Of a stretch of DNA of 7,874 nt, positions 1 through 7,874 are shown one piece after another (the stretch's first letter is position 1; the number at the start of each line of letters is the position of its first letter). The position numbers and the translations under genes were made by a program. Under the pieces are notes generated by a model. The model saw nothing but the letters and a program-made list of their open reading frames with translations. It was not told the origin of the DNA and did not search any database. The DNA comes from Fonticula alba ATCC 38817 (Eukaryota > Protista > Nucleariida), in NCBI GenBank assembly GCA_000388065.2, contig KB932202.1. One strand, 5' to 3'.

Positions 1-309
1 GGGGGGGGGGCGCCAGTTTCTCCGGGAGGCCGGGCTGCGCCCCCCCTCCCCGGGCGGGGGACAGGTGTCCCGGCATTTGGGGTGGCACCTGCATGCCCAG
101 CGGCGCGCCCTCGCCGGCCGATCAGGCGCGCCTCAGCCTGTGGAGCATGGGCGCAAAGTGGTATTAACGTGCCGCGGCATACAGGCGGGCACATGCACGC
201 GCGCGCACACGCACCCGGGCGGAGGCGCGCCGCCGCGAGCAACAGCTATGTGCCGTGGCCTTGGAGCGCCACACAGCCCCCCTCCAGAATGGGCAACGGG
301 CATTCTCAT

Positions 310-642
310 CCCCCCCCCCCCCCCACACCCGGCATGCCAATGGACGTGCCTCGCCTCGGGCGCGGTCCCCAGGACCGCCGCTGAGGAGGGGGGAGCGAAC
401 AACGGGAATAGCAGCCGGCCGGCTGGCCCCCCCCCCCCCCCCCGGGGGAGACTGCGGGGTCCGTGGCCACGGGCGGGGACAATCTCGAACCATGGCGCGC
501 CGGGCCCCGGCCCCGGCCGCGCCTGCCCGTCCGCAGGAAGGGGCAGCGCGATATCTATCTAGTGCGCCGCCGGAGCCGGGCCCCCCCCCCCCCCCCGGGG
601 CCGGGCGCCCGCCAGTAGTCAGAGCCGGTCGAGGCCTGCACC

Positions 643-675
<33 letters not shown>

Positions 676-818
676 CCGCCGCCCCGTCCCGCGGGCGGGC
701 GGCCGAGCCGGCACCATGGCTTCGGCCGCGCCGCACATCCCGCCCGGAGCCGGGCGCGATCGCGGGCCGCCGGTATGGAGAGACTGGCCCGGCCCGGCGC
801 AGGCGCGCCCCCCCCCCC
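310..818. repeat. Cluster of poly(C) homopolymers (C15 310-324, C17 427-443, C16 581-596, C31 644-674, C11 808-818)
   Basis: Counted directly; exact homopolymer lengths may carry sequencing error. Confidence 0.9.
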
Positions 819-884
819 GGCCCACCTGGGTTTGGGGGGGGGCGGAAAACCGTCAGGCAGATCTCCCCCCCGGCTGGGGGGAAC

Positions 885-921
885 GGGCGGGCGGGCGGGC
901 GGGCGGGCGGGCGGGCGGGGG
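885..921 (+). repeat. (GGGC)8 + G5 tetranucleotide tract, G-quadruplex-compatible
   Basis: Eight perfect units 885-916, then GGGGG. Confidence 0.95.
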
Positions 922-1174
922 ACCACACTGCGCTTGGCATGATCGGAGGGGCCCGGGGAAATACCAACGGGCATATGCGGGCGGGGTGGCCGCCACACGC
1001 CACTACATTCAGACGCCAGCAGCGTGGACCGCCTCCGCCGCCCGGCACAGCCCGCAGCACCATTCGCCGCTCCCCTCCCTTGCCTGCCCCCTCGCCCCCT
1101 CGCCCCCCCGCCTTCCTCTCTCTTCCCCCCTCCCCCCCCCCGCCCTCCCCCGTTTGCTTTCCCTCCCCCCTGCT

Positions 1175-4100
1175 ATGTCCTCGGCCCAGGCGGAAGCCGC
1201 GCCCGCTTCGCCTAGTCGCATCGGCCCGCCGACGTCCCCACTGGTGGCCGACTTCCCGGACGCCGCTCCGCACCTGGGGAAGATCTCCCTGCCACCGCTG
1301 ACCAGGGATCGCCCCGCGGCGACCGACGCGGCTGACGACATGGGCGGCACCCTGTCGCCGACTGGCGCGCCGTCGCAACTCCGCCGGCCCAGCTCGGCCG
1401 TGGCCTTCCAGCTGGCCACCGACCGCTTTGACTCCAGCGAGTCGTCCTCGCTGTCCGGCGGGGCACACGCCTCGTCCAGCAGCCCGGCCCTGACACCGGA
1501 CCTCCGTGGCGGCCCGGACGGGCAACCCGCCGGCTCGCAGGTGGCCTCCCCGGGCGTGCCCCCGGCCGGGGAGCCGCTCCCGCCAGCCGGCGGCTTCACC
1601 TTCAAGCCCGGCGCCATGTCGGCGGCCGGGAGACCCTCCGCCGACCTGGAGGCCGCCGAGGGCGGCCCCTTCCCCGGGGCCACGGCCGGTGTCATTGGCG
1701 TCGGCGAGGTTGGCGAGGCGGACACCGGCTCCCCGGACCTGGCCTCGCACTACCTCAGCTGGACGCCCGCGCAGAAGCGCCTGGTGGTCGGGGTGGCCGC
1801 CGTCACGGCCCTCCTCCAGCCGCTGGCCATCAACATCTACACGCCGGGTACGCATCTCGGCCCTTGCCACGCCGCCACCGATCGGGGGGGGGGNNNNNNN
1901 NNNNNNNNNNNNNNNNNNNNNNNNNNNNNNNNNNNNNNNNNNNNNNNNNNNNNNNNNNNNNNNNNNNNNNNNNNNNNNNNNNNNNNNNNNNNNNNNNNNN
2001 NNNNNNNNNNNNNNNNNNNNNNNNNNNNNNNNNNNNNNNNNNNNNNNNNNNNNNNNNNNNNNNNNNNNNNNNNNNNNNNNNNNNNNNNNNNNNNNNNNNN
2101 NNNNNNNNNNNNNNNNNNNNNNNNNNNNNNNNNNNNNNNNNNNNNNNNNNNNNNNNNNNNNNNNNNNNNNNNNNNNNNNNNNNNNNNNNNNNNNNNNNNN
2201 NNNNNNNNNNNNNNNNNNNNNNNNNNNNNNNNNNNNNNNNNNNNNNNNNNNNNNNNNNNNNNNNNNNNNNNNNNNNNNNNNNNNNNNNNNNNNNNNNNNN
2301 NNNNNNNNNNNNNNNNNNNNNNNNNNNNCCCTGGCCGTCTCCTCGCCACTGTCCCGCAGCTCTGCCGATCATTGTCAATGACTTTGACACCACCCTGGAA
2401 ATGGCCATGATCACCATTTCGGCCTTCATGGCTGGCATGGCCATCTGCCCGCTCTTCTGGGGCCCGGCCTCCGACTACTTCGGCCGGCGCCTGGTGCGTA
2501 CATGCCCTGGCCATGCTGTGGCTCGTCCTTTTTTTTTCTCCCTCCCCGATCGAAGGGGAAACCCATGGCGCGACACTCACACATGCGTCCCGCCCGCCCG
2601 CCCGCCCGCCCGCCCGCCCGCCCGCCCGCCCGCCCGCCCGCCCGCCCGCCGGGCCCACCTCACAGATTAGCATCATCTCTGTGGGCTTGTACTTTTCCAC
2701 GGCCGTCCTTTGCGGCCTCGCCTGGAACATTGAGACGCTCATTGCCTTCCGTGTCATTCAGGCGGCCGGCTCTTCGGCCCTGATGACCATCGGTACGTCC
2801 CGGCAAGCGCACCCTGTCGCGCGTGCACCTACTCCCGCCACCCTCTGTCCCCCGCTCGCAGACGCCGCCCTGCTGTCGACACACGCCCGCGCGTTCACAT
2901 CACCACTAACCTGGATGCTCCCATGGTGTCCTCCCCCCTCCCCCCCACACGCACACACGCACGCACGCACGCACGCACGCACGCACCAGGCGCATCGCTC
3001 ATCGCCGACACCCATGCCCCTGACCAGCGCGGCAAGGCCATGTCCATCTACGTGGCCGGGCCGCTGATCGGGCCCCTGCTCGGGGCCTTCCTCGGGGGGC
3101 TGCTCTCGCGGCACCTCGGCTGGCGCAGTGTCTTCTGGTTCCTGGCCGCCATGTCGGTGCTGGCCCTGGTGCCGATTGTGCTGTGGCTGCCGGAGACCGT
3201 GGCCCCGGAAAACCGGCCCAAGTCCTTCCCCCGGCCGTGGTCCTCGTTTGTGCACCTGCGCACGCCGTCGGTCCTGAGCCTGCTCATCTCGGCGGCCTTC
3301 AGCTATGGCAGCTACTATGTCATCATCGTGTCATTCCCGGTGGTGCTCTTCGTCAACTACGACTTCGATCCCTTCCTGATCGGGCTCAGCATGCTGGCCA
3401 TCGGCTTCGGCACGGTCATCGGCGCGGTGACCGGCGGCCGGGCCACCGACGTGGCCTCGCGCGGTGGCAAGCCCGTGTCCTTCCTGCTGGTCCCCAGCAT
3501 CATCGGCGGGCTGGTGTCCCTCCCGTCGACCATCGGCATCGGCTGGACCTTCGCCGTGACCGGCCCCGTGGCTGTGGTCATCATCCTGTCCATCTTTGCC
3601 GGGTTTGCCTTCACCTTCCCCCGGACGTCGGCCCTCAACTATGCCATCGAGAAGGCCTCCCGGTCGGCCGGCGGCCAGAATGTCAACGGCGCCATCGCCG
3701 GCCTGGCCAACAGCTCCTCCTATGCCTGTGGCGCTCTCGTGTCGCAGTTTGCCTTCCCCCTGGCCGGCACCTTCCCCACGCAGAAGATCGGCTTCGGCGT
3801 GGTCATCAGCATGATCGCCCTCATCACCTTCCTGGCCCAGGTGCCTTTGGTGTTCTACTCGTTCGCCGATCTCCGGGCCTACTGGAATGTGCGTTGTGCC
3901 CGCACATGGCTCGGCCGCGGTCGATGCTGGCGCCTCCCGTCTGGGGAGGGGTCCTTGGCCCTTCCTCTGCCACCTGTCTCCTCTCTCCCTCTCTCTTTCT
4001 GTTCCCCTCTCTCTGTGTTTCTCTTTCTTCCACTGACCCAGGCCCCCCCCCCCCCTGCCCACTCCCTCTCTTTGCTCGGCCCACGCTCTCCCCCATCCAC

Positions 4101-4336
4101 AGGCCTCCGGCCGTGCGGCATACAGCCTGGAGCTCAGTCAAATGGGCGACGCGGCTGACAGCCGCGGCGAGCTGGGTGCCCCGGGCGCCGCTCGGGCCCA
4201 GACGCCGCGCGACGCCTTCGGCGGCCAGGCCGATCAGTTCGGCCAGTTCGCCCTGGACCACGACGATGCCGATGACGACGACGAGGATGACTACATCTTC
4301 GGCGTGGTCGATGAGCTGTCCAACGACTACCTTTGA
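1175..4336 (+). CDS. MFS transporter, DHA1 (drug:H+ antiporter-1, Qdr/Bcr-like), 688 aa, 5 exons: 1175..1847, 2360..2493, 2666..2792, 2990..3888, 4103..4336
   Basis: Exon lengths 673+134+127+899+234 = 2067 nt = 688 aa + TGA. Joins rebuild family motifs: NIYTP|ALP (TM1), motif A GPASDYFGRRL|ISII, motif B FRVIQAAGSSALMTI|GASLIAD, antiporter motif C GPLIGPLLG (3058-3084), GWRSVFWFL, LPET, then about six further hydrophobic segments. The start ATG (G at -3) and the last acceptor are less certain than the core. Confidence 0.92.
1848..2359 (+). other. MFS intron 1 (phase 1; contains the 435-N gap)
   Basis: GTACGC donor, GCAG acceptor; join gives IYTP-A-LPII. Confidence 0.85.
1894..2328. other. Assembly gap (435 N)
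   Basis: N run immediately after a G10 homopolymer. Confidence 0.99.
2494..2665 (+). other. MFS intron 2 (phase 0, 172 nt)
   Basis: GTGCGT donor, ACAG acceptor; join gives FGRRL-ISII; contains (CCCG)15. Confidence 0.85.
2589..2648 (+). repeat. (CCCG)15 microsatellite in MFS intron 2
   Basis: 15 perfect units. Confidence 0.95.
2793..2989 (+). other. MFS intron 3 (phase 1, 197 nt)
   Basis: GTACGT donor, ACTAAC branch-like site 2905-2910, CCAG acceptor; join gives MTI-G-ASLIAD. Confidence 0.9.
2957..2984 (+). repeat. (ACGC)7 microsatellite ending 5 nt before the end of MFS intron 3
   Basis: 7 perfect units followed by ACCAG. Confidence 0.93.
3889..4102 (+). other. MFS intron 4 (phase 0, 214 nt)
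   Basis: GTGCGT donor right after the last hydrophobic segment; CT-rich body; ACAG acceptor puts the acidic tail in frame. Confidence 0.75.
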
Positions 4337-4348
4337 GAGAGAGAGAGA
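4335..4348 (+). repeat. (GA)7 overlapping the MFS stop codon
   Basis: CTT TGA GAGAGAGAGAGA. Confidence 0.85.
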
Positions 4349-4829
4349 AAGGCGCCGCATCGCACTGGGGGGTGCCGCCCCGCCCCGTCCCCCGTGCAGG
4401 CGGCCTCGCCTCTGGCCCGGCCCCCGGCCGGCATGTCCCTCCCCTCCCTTGTTCCTCATCCCCCCCCCCCTCCTCTTCATACACACAGGTAACACTCGCT
4501 GGCCTATATATATACACGCACACGCGCGCCCCCTGCTGGCTGGTGTTTGTTCTCCTGCGCGTGCGCGCACTCCAGGGGGCGACCCCTCCCGGCCGCCGGC
4601 ATCTGCCAACGCTTGATTTTCCCACAGCTGCGCCGGGTGCACGCGCGGCATCCCGCCCCTCGCCCCTCCCCGTCCGGCCGACGATATATCCCGGCGTCCC
4701 GGGAAAAGTGATGTGGACGCACGGGCGCGGGTGCGGCCAGTGCCGGGGGTGTTGGGCTCCGGCCCCGGCCGATGGCATTTGTTGCAGTTGGCTTGCGTGG
4801 CGAGGGCCAGGGGGGGATCTCGCTCCCGC

Positions 4830-4871
4830 GGGCGGGCGGGCGGGCGGGCGGGCGGGCGAGCGGGGGGGGGG
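4830..4871 (+). repeat. (GGGC)7 followed by GAGC and G10, intergenic, G-quadruplex-compatible
   Basis: 7 perfect units 4830-4857; G run 4862-4871. Confidence 0.93.
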
Positions 4872-4907
4872 CGGCGTCCGCCAGTCGGGGGTGGAGGCGC
4901 GTTCGCG

Positions 4908-5131
4908 NNNNNNNNNNNNNNNNNNNNNNNNNNNNNNNNNNNNNNNNNNNNNNNNNNNNNNNNNNNNNNNNNNNNNNNNNNNNNNNNNNNNNNNNNNNNN
5001 NNNNNNNNNNNNNNNNNNNNNNNNNNNNNNNNNNNNNNNNNNNNNNNNNNNNNNNNNNNNNNNNNNNNNNNNNNNNNNNNNNNNNNNNNNNNNNNNNNNN
5101 NNNNNNNNNNNNNNNNNNNNNNNNNNNNNNN
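4908..5131. other. Assembly gap (224 N)
   Basis: N run in the intergenic region. Confidence 0.99.
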
Positions 5132-5238
5132 CCCCTCCATCTCCTCTCCCCTTGGGCGTGGCCCGTCCCACACCTCGCCCCCCGCGGTGGCTGGTGATAT
5201 CTCACCTTTCCCTGCTGGCTGACGCCCCCGGCTTTGGA

Positions 5239-5244
5239 TATAAG
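5239..5244 (+). promoter_or_regulatory. Candidate TATA-like element (TATAAG) for the MAPK gene
   Basis: Short AT-rich motif in a GC-rich stretch, 164 nt upstream of the ATG; TSS unknown. Confidence 0.3.
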
Positions 5245-5294
5245 TGGCGCCCGGCCGCCAGCCGCTCCCTCCCGCAGCACGGCCACAACATACG

Positions 5295-5314
5295 CACACA
5301 CACACACACACACA
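5295..5314 (+). repeat. (CA)10 in the presumed MAPK 5' UTR
   Basis: 10 units. Confidence 0.9.
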
Positions 5315-5402
5315 CGTCCGCGCACACGCCTCCCCCTCCTCCCTGCCTCCCCCCCCCCCTTCCCCGGTCCCGGCCGCCCTCTTTCCCACCGACACCCCGG
5401 CC

Positions 5403-7735
<2,333 letters not shown>

Positions 7736-7874
7736 GGGCTGATGGCGCGCGCGCCGCGACTCCGAGGGACAATACACACACACACACCCCCGACGGTGAA
7801 GGTCTTGCCAAAGAAAAACACCCAATAGCGTGTGATGAGTCTATGGTGTAGGAGGGCGAGGAGAGAGGGGGGGG

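Noticed and set aside
58-92. Short inverted repeats and E-box pair (GGGACA-GG-TGTCCC; CAGGTG/CACCTG), plus similar hairpins at 864-882 and 5194-5207
   Set aside because: Stems of 5-8 bp are expected by chance at this GC content; no terminal repeats or target-site duplications suggesting a MITE.
492-567. ACCATGG at 489-495 with a 23-codon stretch ending at a donor-like GTGCGC (562)
   Set aside because: Phase-1 donor has no convincing matching acceptor into the MFS frame near its start; peptide is low-complexity.
65-1301. Long Pro/Gly/Arg-rich ORFs (e.g. 255..1301 +, 164..1870 -) resembling formin, WASP or extensin poly-proline proteins
   Set aside because: They are translations of C-runs and (GGGC)n in stop-poor GC-rich DNA; no domain motif, and all frames look alike.
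2589-2989. Tandem repeats as a CRISPR-like or telomeric array
   Set aside because: Simple 4-bp microsatellites with no spacers, inside spliceosomal introns.

Overview
GC-rich eukaryotic genomic DNA carrying two tandem, intron-containing genes on the + strand, plus many simple repeats, C/G homopolymers and two assembly gaps (1894-2328, 4908-5131). Gene 1 is a 5-exon, 688-aa DHA1-type (12-TM drug:H+ antiporter-like) MFS transporter with a ~195-aa low-complexity N-tail and an acidic C-tail: join(1175..1847,2360..2493,2666..2792,2990..3888,4103..4336). Gene 2 is an 8-exon, 461-aa TEY-type MAP kinase with intact catalytic motifs and a 98-aa Q/P/H/Y-rich tail: join(5403..5500,5625..5757,5896..6156,6308..6437,6565..6636,6767..6846,6959..7037,7203..7735). 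Both models were spliced by hand, and every junction restores frame and family motifs. The style suggests a unicellular opisthokont such as Fonticula, but that is an unverified impression. I see no RNA gene, mobile element, CRISPR array or clearly new multi-gene system. The most interesting points are: a TEY kinase whose seven introns appear to match p38alpha intron positions; a degenerate CD docking site with a prion-like tail; and an unusual splice-signal code (GTRYGY donors, U-poor acceptors, distant branch points).
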